DNA of 64,000 nt from a virus. Its lineage: Duplodnaviria > Caudoviricetes. Within the stretch, counting starts at the first letter, position 1. Each line of letters opens with the position of its first letter. The notes below the pieces were generated by a model, which had not been told where the DNA came from, did no database searches, and saw nothing but the letters and a program-made list of their open reading frames with translations. The stretch is taken from the IMG/VR virus record IMGVR_UViG_640753059_000001; one strand, 5' to 3'. Position numbers and translations under genes: made by a program. Positions 43,276 through 53,464 of this stretch are shown one piece after another.

Positions 43276-43742
43276 TGCGTTACCGGAAACTTGACGTAAA
43301 CGGCGACATGATGTTTGGCCGGGGGCAGGCTGATTTCTATCGAGATGTCCCCGAAGCCCCTGCGCAGGCCGTGAAGACCCGCCTTTTCCTCCGCCTAGGG
43401 GAGTGGTTTCTGGACACGTCAGACGGCACCCCGTGGAATACTGAAATCCTCGGGGCGCACACGCAGAACACCCGTGACGCGGCGCTGAGGGAGCGGATCG
43501 AGGGCACCACTGGCGTCTCTTCGCTTGATGCCTACTCGTCGTCCTACAATTCCGACACGCGATCCCTATCCGTGTCAGCGACGATTACCACGTCCTACGG
43601 CGTGTCCACGCTCTATTACACCAATGGCCAGACCAAGACCTCTGACCAGTTGGCTCAGGAAGCCGAAACCGCGACCGACGTGATTGACGCGGTCTATGGG
43701 CAACTCGACTTCTCCAACCCCTTCCAGTCCGGGTGGCTCTGA
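43275..43742 (+). CDS. Baseplate wedge (gp25-like) with C-terminal extension
   Basis: MRYRKLD..AQAVKTRL.L..GEWFLD..GTPW. Confidence 0.85.
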   Translation: MRYRKLDVNGDMMFGRGQADFYRDVPEAPAQAVKTRLFLRLGEWFLDTSDGTPWNTEILGAHTQNTRDAALRERIEGTTGVSSLDAYSSSYNSDTRSLSVSATITTSYGVSTLYYTNGQTKTSDQLAQEAETATDVIDAVYGQLDFSNPFQSGWL

Positions 43743-44911
43743 TGGCGATTACATGCACCATCGACGCGACTGGCATTACGGCTCCCTCTCTGGACGATGT
43801 CCGGACGTGGCTCGTTGGGCAGTACCAGTCGATCTATGGGTCAGATGTTTATCTTGAGCCCGACAGCCAAGACGGTCAGTGGATCGGCATTCTAGCAACG
43901 GCACTTCATGACGCCAACTCCATGTGCGTCTCGACCTACAACGCGTTCTCCCCTGCTACGGCACAGGGGGAGGGCCTGTCCCGAATGGTGAAGATCAACG
44001 GGCTTTCCCGGCATGTCGCATCTAAGTCCCAGGTTGACCTCCTTCTCGGCGGCACGGCGGGGACGACCATCGCCGGGGGCTACGCCACGGATGATACCGG
44101 CAACAAGTGGATGCTGCCGGATAGCGTCGTCATTGGAATGGCAGGGCAGATCACAGTAACCGCAACCGCAGCCGATGCCGGCGCGGTCACTGCAACTGCT
44201 GGCTCGGTTACGACCATAGGAACCCCGACGCGGGGCTGGCAGACGGTCACGAACCTTCTTGCTGCGGTTGAGGGCGACCCAATCGAGACGGATCTGGAAC
44301 TGCGCCAGCGGCAGGCGGTCTCGACTGAGATCCCGTCGCAGACGATCTTTGAAGGACTTGTCGGCGCCGTGGCGGCTGTGGCTGGGGTGACCCGCTATGG
44401 CGGTGTGGACAACGACACGGACGCCACGGACGAAAACGGCATTCCGGGGCATTCGTTCTCTCTTGTGATCGAGGGCGGGGATGCGGCGACCATCGCTCAG
44501 ACGATCTACACCAAGAAGGGGCCGGGGGCTGGGACGTGGGGCACGACTTCTGAAGTTGTAGTGGACAGCTATGGCGTACCGCACACCATCAAGTTCATGC
44601 GCCCGACAAACATCCCGGTTGTCGTCGCACTTACGCTCAAGGCTCTCACTGGATACACATCGAACATTGGGGCCAAGATCAAGACGGCCGTGGCCGAATA
44701 TATCAATGATCTGGCGATTGGTGATGAGGTTTACCTCACCCGCCTCTTCGTTCCGGCAAACCTGTCTGGAAGTGCCGATAGTGTGACCTTCGATATCACC
44801 GGCCTCCTCATCGCACGGGGCACGGACAGTCCCGGCTCGGCTAATCTGACGTTCGCCTATCATGAGGCCCCGGCCTGTTCCGTCGATGACATCACAATCA
44901 CGGTGATCTGA
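43742..44911 (+). CDS. Baseplate J-like protein
   Basis: IYGSDVYL.PDSQDGQ, ETDLELRQRQ, GIPGHS..VIEGG. Confidence 0.9.
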   Translation: MAITCTIDATGITAPSLDDVRTWLVGQYQSIYGSDVYLEPDSQDGQWIGILATALHDANSMCVSTYNAFSPATAQGEGLSRMVKINGLSRHVASKSQVDLLLGGTAGTTIAGGYATDDTGNKWMLPDSVVIGMAGQITVTATAADAGAVTATAGSVTTIGTPTRGWQTVTNLLAAVEGDPIETDLELRQRQAVSTEIPSQTIFEGLVGAVAAVAGVTRYGGVDNDTDATDENGIPGHSFSLVIEGGDAATIAQTIYTKKGPGAGTWGTTSEVVVDSYGVPHTIKFMRPTNIPVVVALTLKALTGYTSNIGAKIKTAVAEYINDLAIGDEVYLTRLFVPANLSGSADSVTFDITGLLIARGTDSPGSANLTFAYHEAPACSVDDITITVI

Positions 44912-45615
44912 TGGCCGATGCTCCCTTCACCGTAGACGACTATGTCGGCCTTATCACCTCGGAGCACCGAGGGAAGGCGCGGTTCACAGCTACGGTTCGT
45001 GCGACCGTGCAGCCGGCGGCGGACACGCAGGCGTTTCTTGATGACCTGCCCGGCGCCTTCGATCTGGATAGCGCGATTGGCGTCCAGCTTGATGCGGTGG
45101 GAGCATGGGTCGGCATCTCCCGGCTCATCTCCATTCCCCTCATCACGGTCTGGTTCTCATGGGGTATCGTCGGGCGGGGATGGGGTGAAGGCATCTGGAA
45201 AGGACCTTACGACCCCGAGACCGGCATCTATGCCCTTGATGACGACACGTACCGCAAGCTCATCCGCCTCAAGATCCTGGTGAACAACTGGGATGGATTG
45301 ACGGGCTCTGCGGCCAGCGCGTTTGAAGACTTCTATGCCTCGGACGGCAGCTATCCGTTCATCCTCGATAATGAGGACATGAGCATGACGGCCTGCATCT
45401 CTGGTGCCCGCCCTCCTGCGATCATGTTCGCCATTTTTGCCGGGCGTTACGTTGAGTTCAAGCCGGCGTCTGTCCGCATCCTGAATGTCGTCCCGTCTGT
45501 CCCAAATACGCCAGCATTCGGGTTCGGCGTTGACAACGAATACATCGCGGGATGGGGAACGGGCTCTTGGGTCCGCGACGCTGAAGAAGCGATGATCGAA
45601 GAGCTTTCAGTCTAA
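44911..45615 (+). CDS. Baseplate wedge (DUF2612)
   Basis: FDLDSAIGVQLD.VG.WVG, LDDDTYR, NNWDG. Confidence 0.88.
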   Translation: MADAPFTVDDYVGLITSEHRGKARFTATVRATVQPAADTQAFLDDLPGAFDLDSAIGVQLDAVGAWVGISRLISIPLITVWFSWGIVGRGWGEGIWKGPYDPETGIYALDDDTYRKLIRLKILVNNWDGLTGSAASAFEDFYASDGSYPFILDNEDMSMTACISGARPPAIMFAIFAGRYVEFKPASVRILNVVPSVPNTPAFGFGVDNEYIAGWGTGSWVRDAEEAMIEELSV

Positions 45616-45692
45616 GCCCAACAACACCGACACGCAACGAACCGTCACGCACGCGAAAGCGGGCGCTGGCGGCGCTTTGTCTTGGAGCCCTC

Positions 45693-46970
45693 ATGGCAAC
45701 GAATGATTTTCTTCCCTTCGGCACGGGCGCCGGGGCAAATGTGGTGTCTCAAGCCGTGTGGGCCGCACTCGCAACACGTGCGAACGGGTTCCAGAACGGG
45801 GTGGCCGATCCCCAGCCGGTCAACAAGGCGATCCGTCAGGCGGCATTCGTCGCGGCGATGATCGGCCAGTTCACGGCCGACTACGGCGGTGATGCTCTCG
45901 ACAATGGCGACCTCCCCACATTTGAGGCCCATTTCAAGGCGGCCCTTGCCGCATGGATCGCCAGCGGCTCCTCACCCATCGACCTGAGCAGCTACGTCCT
46001 GCGTGCGGGCGATACCATGACGGGGCTCTTCTCTGCCCCGGCTGGGTTCAAGACTGCATCCCGCACGCTGACGACTGCGACGACCCTCACGACTGCGGAC
46101 TTCGGGAAATTCGTCTCCCTTTCTTCGGGCAGCACCTTTACGACCACTTTCCCGACGCCTGTCAGCAATGGCAGCGGGGCCTTCACGGTCTTCAACAATT
46201 CAGTCGTGGCGCAGACCGTAAGCACTCCGGCAGGTGCCTTCCTTGGTCCGGGCGCTTCCAGCGGGACCACTGAATCCATCCCGGCGGGCTCTGTCTACCG
46301 TTATGTCAGCGACGGCTCCAACTGGATCAGATCGGTTGCCACCAACGCCCCGAATGCCCTGCCGAAGCTCTCTTTTATCCAGACCACGCAGACTTGGACC
46401 AGAGCGGCAGGCGCAACGAAAGCCTTCGTCATCGCCCATGGGCCGGGGGGCGCCGGTGGTGGCGAACCAGCCGGCGCGCCGACCACGGCCGGTGGCTCTG
46501 GCGGGGGCGGGGGGGGATGGGCGATGTCTCTTCTCGATATCTCGTCCACTGCATCGTCGCTCGTGACTATCCCATCCGGCGGGGTCGGGGTTTCTGGCTC
46601 GACGGGGGGGGATGGCGCCGGGAACACGTCATTTGGGACCCTTGTCGTGGCCGGCCCTGGGTCTGGTGGGCGCACTGGGTCTGGTGGCAACAGCATCCCC
46701 GGTGGGCTCCCTGGCACCGGCATCACAGGGCAGATCCTTGGGAAGGGGAGCCCCGGCGGCACCAACTTCTGGGAATCCCCTGATATTGGGGCCAACGGCG
46801 GCGATGGCCTCTTCGGCGGCGGTGGGCGTGGCGGGTGTGATGATGGGGGGAGCTTCCCCGCCGTAGCGGGCGTCATGGGCGGCGGCGGCGGCGGGTCCGA
46901 TTCTGCCGACGCGACTGCTGGCGCTGGTGCCAATGGTGGCGATGGCTGGTGTCTTGTGTGGGAGTTCTGA
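45693..46970 (+). CDS. Tail fibre protein with Gly-rich C-terminus
   Basis: MATNDFLPF...VNKAIRQ baseplate anchor; GGGGG repeats. Confidence 0.85.
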   Translation: MATNDFLPFGTGAGANVVSQAVWAALATRANGFQNGVADPQPVNKAIRQAAFVAAMIGQFTADYGGDALDNGDLPTFEAHFKAALAAWIASGSSPIDLSSYVLRAGDTMTGLFSAPAGFKTASRTLTTATTLTTADFGKFVSLSSGSTFTTTFPTPVSNGSGAFTVFNNSVVAQTVSTPAGAFLGPGASSGTTESIPAGSVYRYVSDGSNWIRSVATNAPNALPKLSFIQTTQTWTRAAGATKAFVIAHGPGGAGGGEPAGAPTTAGGSGGGGGGWAMSLLDISSTASSLVTIPSGGVGVSGSTGGDGAGNTSFGTLVVAGPGSGGRTGSGGNSIPGGLPGTGITGQILGKGSPGGTNFWESPDIGANGGDGLFGGGGRGGCDDGGSFPAVAGVMGGGGGGSDSADATAGAGANGGDGWCLVWEF

Positions 46971-46972
46971 GC

Positions 46973-47482
46973 ATGCGGGTTGCATTTTATAAGGACGGCG
47001 TCTGCACGCATGTTCTCAACTGTTCCGAGGGGTGGGAAGATCTTTTCCCAGACGAGACCGGCATTGCCAGCGAGACGGCGAATGCCGGGGATACATGGGA
47101 TGGGGCGTCTTTCATCTCCCCCCCTCCTCCTCCTCCCGGAATCGGTGATGTTCTTGCCGAGCGGGACAGGCGGCTCTCCCTAGGCTTCTCCTACGACTTT
47201 GGGGATGCCCGTGGCGTCCACCAGATCGGGACCACTTCCGCCGACATGACCGGATGGGATGAAGTCACGAAGGTGGCACAGGCCATGATCGCGACGGGGG
47301 CTGCTACGGCCACCATTGAGATCATCACCAATACCGGGCCTGCGACGGTCACGGCATCGGAGTGGATGGCGATCCTCCTTGCCGCTGGCGCCCATCGCCA
47401 GCCCATCTGGCAGGCATCGTTTGTCCTTCAGGCAATGAACCCCATCCCGGCTGATTACGCCGCCGACAGCCATTGGGCCTGA
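46973..47482 (+). CDS. Tail fibre assembly protein (DUF4376-like)
   Basis: AERDRRL, IPADYAADSHW. Confidence 0.7.
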   Translation: MRVAFYKDGVCTHVLNCSEGWEDLFPDETGIASETANAGDTWDGASFISPPPPPPGIGDVLAERDRRLSLGFSYDFGDARGVHQIGTTSADMTGWDEVTKVAQAMIATGAATATIEIITNTGPATVTASEWMAILLAAGAHRQPIWQASFVLQAMNPIPADYAADSHWA

Positions 47483-47507
47483 CGGGCGAACTCCTGAGGC
47501 ATAACTT

Positions 47508-48077
47508 ATGGCAACGCAGAATAACACGCAGGTGCGTGATGGCCTCGGCGCGCTTGTAACGCGGCGCTCCTATGACAAGGACGGGGCGCGGGCTGATGCG
47601 CCTTTCATCCCGGAAATCGGAGAGACCTCTGATAGCGCATGGGACGGCACCAGCTCGGCGGGGCTGATTGGCATTCTCAAGGCCATCTGGACAAAGCTGG
47701 GGGGGATCGGGCTCAAGGTGGGCGCCTCGGCGCTCTCCGTCACTAACCCCATGTTCGTCAGCCTTTCCAACGGGGCGAGCGGCGTTACTCCGGTCACGGG
47801 GTCACTCTCGGCCACGGGATATAGCGCTCCGTTCACCCCTATCCCCGGCCGGCCCTTCAACTTCACCGCGACCGGGACCTTCGTCGGGACCCTGGTTCTT
47901 GAGCGGTCTTTCGACGGCGGGGTGACGATGGTCGCCCTGACCGCACTCGGCTCCCCACTCTACACGTTCACCGGCCCCTTCAGCGAATCATACACTGAAG
48001 ATGAAAGCGGCGTGCAGTACTTCATTCACTGCACGTCTTACACCTCCGGAACCATCAACTACAGGATGAGCGCATGA
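47508..48077 (+). CDS. Putative tailspike adaptor/structural protein
   Basis: GTFVGTLVLERSFDGG beta-sandwich-like; coupled to tailspike. Confidence 0.55.
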   Translation: MATQNNTQVRDGLGALVTRRSYDKDGARADAPFIPEIGETSDSAWDGTSSAGLIGILKAIWTKLGGIGLKVGASALSVTNPMFVSLSNGASGVTPVTGSLSATGYSAPFTPIPGRPFNFTATGTFVGTLVLERSFDGGVTMVALTALGSPLYTFTGPFSESYTEDESGVQYFIHCTSYTSGTINYRMSA

Positions 48078-50200
48078 GCGTGCATGATACTGCGCTCCGC
48101 GTAGGGGCGTCCGCTGCCATTAACCTTGGCATCACGCGAGCCGATATCCCCAGCCGGGTCATCCCGTTTCGCTCCATCACCTTGTCTGGCTTTTATGCGG
48201 CCGGGGACCTCGGCGCAGGCGCAGTCTACGTGCGCGGCACCAGCTCCGGCCCGATGGCGGTTCGTGATGCGGCCGGGACATGGTGGAACCTCTATGTCAG
48301 TCAGGGCGTGGGAGCGGGATGGTTCGGCGACCTGACCGGTGCCGATGCTGGCCCTGTGATTAATGCGGCGATTACGGCCATGGGGGCAGTCGGCGGCGGA
48401 CAGGTGCGCATCCCGGCGGGAACGTTCAACGTCGCAACGGACCTTGTCCCGAAGTCAAACGTCACTGTATCCGGGCTCTACGGTGCGAGCACTCTGAAGG
48501 TTCCGGACGGGAACTCGACGCGAAACAGAATTTTCTATTCCGTTTCTAGCGGTAACGCATGCAATAATTTCGTTCTAGACGGCCTTTCGTTCGAGGGGCA
48601 GTGGGCCAACATCCAATCTGAAACTCCGGATAATGGTCTCGTCACTCTAAAATATGTGACCGGGCTTTTGGTCTTGAAGTGCAGGTTTAGGAATTCAAGA
48701 TACTTCTGCTTAAATGTCAATGAGTGTGACTACGTTATCGTAGATAAGTGCTCACTGAAATACTCGTGCCGCGATATGATCGCGGTCTGGGGCACCCCAA
48801 ACGTACAAGTGACGGATAATAACCTCGAACACAATGACGATGACGGAATTTCGATCAACCTTGAGACCGACCAGCTTAACCCTGTCCGGTCGCGCATCAT
48901 AGTTTCCAGAAATACGCTAGTTGATACTGGTCCGATCAGGACTGAGGCCCCGAAGAACGTAACTGTCGTAGATAACAACGTTCACCGCCCGCGTGGGTCT
49001 GGAATTCATGTTGGGATCACGAACACGTCCGGGGTTGGGACTTCGTCCGGCCTCAATGTGCTGGTGGAAGGAAACACGATCACCGACGTGATCGACCGCG
49101 CTTGGTTCACCTCTGGCGAACAGGTCGGGTCGGTGAATAGCCGCATCTACATCCTCGTGAACTCTCTCAAGCCACAAGCGGGATCGCTTTCGGCCATTCC
49201 CGGAGAGATCAACGCATCTGGCGTGGTGCAGGACCCTTACGGATACTTCTACACAGATGCTACTGTAGGCGGAACCGACCCTATCCGCGCGTCGAAAAAC
49301 ATCATCGTGCGTGGCAACATCTGCCAGAGGACACTCCCGGCCGCGACGAACTACACAGACTGGGGCTTCGGGCAGGCATTCACCAAAAACGGGTGGGTGA
49401 ACTATCAGGTTCCTGATGCTGTACTGCGTGGCTGCGGCATCCTGGCTCGCCTCCCGCAGAGTGGGTTGCGGATCGAGGAAAATGTCATCGAGGCCGGGCG
49501 CTACGGCATCGCATTTGAGGTGCTGTCCGGCGTAACGCTGGCGTCGCGCTTGGCGCAGGACTGCTCGGTGATGCGGAATAAGGTGCGTGACGCCGATCTT
49601 TACGGCATCGCATGGCTCTCCTCTGGATCCCTGACGCACCAAGACATCACCTTTGATGGCAACGACATCGACTGCGACCCCTACTTCACGAACTCGAACC
49701 GAGGCGCGAACGGGACATGGGCCACAAGCGCGACCCCGGTGGCGCTACAGGTCCCCAATCTGGGGTCGGCAGTCATCCTGCGGCAGCGCATTCGCAACTG
49801 CTCTCAGGTCATTGTGCAGACCGGCGTGTCAGTCCTCCAATATTTGGACGGCAACCTGTTGTTCGCAGACCCCGCCGCTGTTGGGTTCTCTACGTCCAAC
49901 AAGGGCATCGGAAACTTGCCCCCGATCGGTGGAGGGGAGCACTGGTGGCTTCAGGCAGTAGACAGCGACCCTCTGTCCGCAACCTACGGGGCTTCGCTTG
50001 GCACAAATATGCGAACGAATAGCGGGGCGCCATCTTCCGGGAAGTGGCTCGCTGGCATGCGGGTAGCGAACCGGGCCTCCGCTGAGAGCGGGACGGCTGG
50101 AAGCAAGTACATCCCGGCATTTTACTCTCGCGTTACGACGGGGACAGGGTCGGTCCTGAATACGGACTGGTTCGAGATGCGTTGCCCGACTGGCAACTGA
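48074..50200 (+). CDS. Tailspike/depolymerase, parallel beta-helix
   Basis: INAAI..GGGQVRIPAGTF; repeated V..N motifs; DDGIS. Confidence 0.85.
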   Translation: MSVHDTALRVGASAAINLGITRADIPSRVIPFRSITLSGFYAAGDLGAGAVYVRGTSSGPMAVRDAAGTWWNLYVSQGVGAGWFGDLTGADAGPVINAAITAMGAVGGGQVRIPAGTFNVATDLVPKSNVTVSGLYGASTLKVPDGNSTRNRIFYSVSSGNACNNFVLDGLSFEGQWANIQSETPDNGLVTLKYVTGLLVLKCRFRNSRYFCLNVNECDYVIVDKCSLKYSCRDMIAVWGTPNVQVTDNNLEHNDDDGISINLETDQLNPVRSRIIVSRNTLVDTGPIRTEAPKNVTVVDNNVHRPRGSGIHVGITNTSGVGTSSGLNVLVEGNTITDVIDRAWFTSGEQVGSVNSRIYILVNSLKPQAGSLSAIPGEINASGVVQDPYGYFYTDATVGGTDPIRASKNIIVRGNICQRTLPAATNYTDWGFGQAFTKNGWVNYQVPDAVLRGCGILARLPQSGLRIEENVIEAGRYGIAFEVLSGVTLASRLAQDCSVMRNKVRDADLYGIAWLSSGSLTHQDITFDGNDIDCDPYFTNSNRGANGTWATSATPVALQVPNLGSAVILRQRIRNCSQVIVQTGVSVLQYLDGNLLFADPAAVGFSTSNKGIGNLPPIGGGEHWWLQAVDSDPLSATYGASLGTNMRTNSGAPSSGKWLAGMRVANRASAESGTAGSKYIPAFYSRVTTGTGSVLNTDWFEMRCPTGN

Positions 50201-50319
50201 TAGTCCACGTCTCCGGCACCGGCTGGTCTCCGGTCTACGGCACCGCGTCCTAACCTAACCCTCATCCAAGAACACCCATTCGCGCACCTCGCCAATAGCG
50301 GGGGCGAAGGAGCACGCTT

Positions 50320-51858
50320 ATGCCCGGTCCTTTCCCGACGAAGTCCGTTGTCCTCCAGCCATCCGATGGAACGGATGGGCTTGTCCCTCAGACGGAAGCG
50401 CTCCGGGTTTCGGTTTCGCCCGGAGTGGTGAGCCGAATTTGGGGCACCGATAGCACTGGGGCGCATGTCCAGCAGACCTATAGTCATGGGGGGTTACTCG
50501 TTGCTCCTCCGGCTGGTTTCGGCTGGGATTTCACCACATACCCGGTCAACATCTACAAGGATGGCCCGCGCCATTTCACGACTGACTTTGACCATCGCTC
50601 CATCGTCCCGTCAGATGTCTGGAATGGCCCGGTCTATTACGTCTCTCCCACTGGGAACAACGCCAACGCTGGAACATCTCCGGCAACCGCCGTCAGATCG
50701 CTATGGAAGGCCAGAGTGCTCCTTGAGGCGTCCGCCTCTCCGGGGGGCATCATCATGGCTCTCGTTGATCCCACTCTTGGATATACATGGTGGGACCGGA
50801 CAAATGACTTCAACGATACGGCGAATGCGGGTGGGACTGGAGGGAACACCGTCCCAACTAAGCCATTTGCTTTGATGTCCTATGGCGGAAAGAGCTATCT
50901 GGGCGCAATTCATAACACCTCGTGGACCTATGACGCGACGAGCAAGACCTACTCGATGACGCGTTCTGCCGTCGCAACTGTGGTGGATATCAGTTCCTTG
51001 AGCAACTGGGGAGTGTTCAAGCGCCTGACCAAGATCACGGCTGGTGCCGACCTCGCGGCCACGCGTACGCTGGTGGGCGCGGCCCCTGGCTCCTATGCGG
51101 TTACGGCGGCGAACGATGTTGTTGTCCGCCTTGAGACTGATGCCGTGGTTTCAGATGCCACGGTGCGTGTGGTACTGTCCAATGATGCCTTCAAGCCTGG
51201 GGCGGTCTCCGCTTACGTATCGGACTTCAACTTCGTTGGTGGGGTGAACGGGGTTGTCAATGCGACCGCTACGGCCACGCGGAACCTTGCCTTCGACGGG
51301 TGCAGCGCTGGATTCGGAGGGATTGACCTCGGGGCGAAAGCCAACAGTTGGGGGTTCAACAATTCGACCGGCCTCATCGTTCTCCGGAAGTGCTCGGCGG
51401 CTTCCGGTCAGAACGATCTGTTCAACTTCCACCAGACTGCTGGTTCTGTGAATGCTCTGATGATTGACTGCTCCGGCATCGATGCCGGCCGAGCCGGCTC
51501 CTCCCCAGTCTCTCTCTCAAACCAGATCGTAACCGCGCATGAAAACGTCAGGCTTCTGACAATCAATACGGATGGATCTTATTCATCCGGCGGGTGTGTG
51601 CGGAGTATCGGAACATCTCAGCACTGGGACCTTGGGTCAACCTACTCTTATGACCGCGGTGATGTCAGGTACGCCGGGGGATCGGTGAACTCGATAGGCG
51701 TAGGCATGAATGAAAGCACCAAATACTGGGGTGACAGTATTACGGTTCAGGGGTGCATGAACACGTTCTATGCCGAGAGCGGTGCGCAGATTTACCTTCG
51801 TGCCCCAATCGAAATTGGCGGCGTCCGCGCGGGAGCGGGTCTGATCACGTCCTACTGA
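50320..51858 (+). CDS. Second beta-helix tailspike-like protein
   Basis: YYVSPTGNNANAGTSPATA; NDLFNFH; TAHE. Confidence 0.7.
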   Translation: MPGPFPTKSVVLQPSDGTDGLVPQTEALRVSVSPGVVSRIWGTDSTGAHVQQTYSHGGLLVAPPAGFGWDFTTYPVNIYKDGPRHFTTDFDHRSIVPSDVWNGPVYYVSPTGNNANAGTSPATAVRSLWKARVLLEASASPGGIIMALVDPTLGYTWWDRTNDFNDTANAGGTGGNTVPTKPFALMSYGGKSYLGAIHNTSWTYDATSKTYSMTRSAVATVVDISSLSNWGVFKRLTKITAGADLAATRTLVGAAPGSYAVTAANDVVVRLETDAVVSDATVRVVLSNDAFKPGAVSAYVSDFNFVGGVNGVVNATATATRNLAFDGCSAGFGGIDLGAKANSWGFNNSTGLIVLRKCSAASGQNDLFNFHQTAGSVNALMIDCSGIDAGRAGSSPVSLSNQIVTAHENVRLLTINTDGSYSSGGCVRSIGTSQHWDLGSTYSYDRGDVRYAGGSVNSIGVGMNESTKYWGDSITVQGCMNTFYAESGAQIYLRAPIEIGGVRAGAGLITSY

Positions 51859-51899
51859 TCGCCCGCGTCCGTTCTTCCCCTACAATCTGAGGTGACCCC

Positions 51900-52562
51900 A
51901 TGGTCCGCTCAATCGATATCGTGCGCCGCATCGCGACGCGCGCTGTGCCCCCTTATGTCGAAGCGCTGGACAAGTACGCTGACGACCTGTTCGTTCAGTT
52001 CGATGTGACGACCGATCTTCGGCTTGCTCACTTCATGGCCCGGAGCCTATCGGAGACGGGCGGCTTCCGCGTGCTGGTGGAAAGCGCCGGTTACACGGCC
52101 AAGAACCTTGCGACCCAGTGGGACCGGGGCAACTGGCACCGCTATTTCAGCAGCAAGGCCGACCTTGTGGCTCTGGCAGGGCAGGGCGAAAAGCTCTTCA
52201 ACATCGTCTATGGCAATCGCATGGGCAATGGCGGCCCTGAGACTGGCGATGGCTTCCGGTATCGAGGGCGTGGCCCGCTCCAGACGACAGGGAAGGAGGC
52301 CTATGCCAAGTATGGCGAACGCATGGGCGTGGACCTCGTGAGTAACCCTGATGCGCTTCTGGATCCGCAGAACATTCTACTGCCATCCCTCTATGAGTGG
52401 TCCGATGGTAACCTCAACCGCTATGCCGACAGGGACAATGCCCTCGCCATCGGCCAGATCATCAATTTCGGGTCGCTCAAGGGCGACAAGGAGCCCAACG
52501 GCTACGACGATCAGATGGAGTGGCTGGGCTACGTCAAGCGCGCCATCAAGGCCCTGAGCTGA
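51900..52562 (+). CDS. Endolysin, glycoside hydrolase family 19
   Basis: LAHF..ETGGF..E, YGNRMGN, DGFRYRGRGPLQTTG. Confidence 0.92.
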   Translation: MVRSIDIVRRIATRAVPPYVEALDKYADDLFVQFDVTTDLRLAHFMARSLSETGGFRVLVESAGYTAKNLATQWDRGNWHRYFSSKADLVALAGQGEKLFNIVYGNRMGNGGPETGDGFRYRGRGPLQTTGKEAYAKYGERMGVDLVSNPDALLDPQNILLPSLYEWSDGNLNRYADRDNALAIGQIINFGSLKGDKEPNGYDDQMEWLGYVKRAIKALS

Positions 52563-52565
52563 TCG

Positions 52566-52910
52566 GTGGCCCGGAAAGTCCCGGAAGGGCCATCCTGGAA
52601 GGTCCGGCGCCGGATCATCGTCGCAACTCTGGTCTTCTGCGCTGGTGAAATCATCTACCTCACCGGGTGGGGGAAAGATCACGAGCTTTCCAGAACCATA
52701 GCGACTGGCGTTCTCTTGCTCGCCGGCTCGACCATCGGATCATACATCTTCGGCGCTGTGTGGGACAGCCGGAACGTGATGGTGAACCTCCCCCCGGAGG
52801 GTGCTGAAGAGCCCACGTCCTACGGGCCTTCTTATCGCAGGCGTGGCCCTCGCGGCTTCTCTCCCGGCGATGATGGGGACGACGGCCCGCCTCCACCTCG
52901 CGGCTCCTGA
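52566..52910 (+). CDS. Putative holin (2 TM)
   Basis: WKVRRRII, two TM, GSYIFGAVWD; adjacent to endolysin. Confidence 0.7.
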   Translation: MARKVPEGPSWKVRRRIIVATLVFCAGEIIYLTGWGKDHELSRTIATGVLLLAGSTIGSYIFGAVWDSRNVMVNLPPEGAEEPTSYGPSYRRRGPRGFSPGDDGDDGPPPPRGS

Positions 52911-52921
52911 AAGATCTGAAC

Positions 52922-53074
52922 ATGAAACAGACGCTCATCGTGGGCGCACTGGCGCTCGTCCTCTCAGGCTGCGCCACCAACGGCAACGGCCTCATTGGCT
53001 CCGGAGGCCATGTCTCCGGCTCCTACACCGTCTACGAGCCCGGCAAGGCGCCTATCGTCGTCCTCCTCAAGTGA
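52922..53074 (+). CDS. Small lipoprotein (50 aa)
   Basis: Hand translation MKQTLIVGALALVLSGC; lipobox LSGC. Confidence 0.65.
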   Translation: MKQTLIVGALALVLSGCATNGNGLIGSGGHVSGSYTVYEPGKAPIVVLLK

Positions 53075-53077
53075 GGA

Positions 53078-53329
53078 TTACGCAAGGATCCCCGCCGCAC
53101 GGATGGTGAGCGCCATCTGGGTGCGCCTTGCCTTGAAATGTTCGCGGGTCATTTGAGTATCCGGCTGCCCGTCGAATTCCATCCTCAATTGATTCTCCAC
53201 TCCGGTGAGAATTATTGTCATTTTATTGAAAAGGTCTGGCTCGTCCTTCGCAATTTTCATGGCGAAATCGAAATAGATTTCTTCTCTTGGTTCAATGCGG
53301 GTAGTCGCCGTTGTTGGCATGTGAACCAT
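53078..53329 (-). CDS. AT-rich antisense moron
   Basis: 83 aa ORF with GGAAG/GAG upstream, converging on lipoprotein. Confidence 0.55.
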   Translation of the reverse strand: MVHMPTTATTRIEPREEIYFDFAMKIAKDEPDLFNKMTIILTGVENQLRMEFDGQPDTQMTREHFKARRTQMALTIRAAGILA

Positions 53330-53464
53330 GACGCCGTCTCCTTCCGCTATTCGGGTCCCATCCTAGCGGCTGCCGAGGCCGATGTTAATCGCACTACCCG
53401 GTCCTCAGCATCTGATTGTCCCGGATATACCTCTCACTCCATCACCGTCAAATAGGAGGCCTCT

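Noticed and set aside
45693-51858. Diversity-generating retroelement or invertible tail-fibre cassette
   Set aside because: No reverse transcriptase, invertase, TR/VR pair or flanking inverted repeats seen
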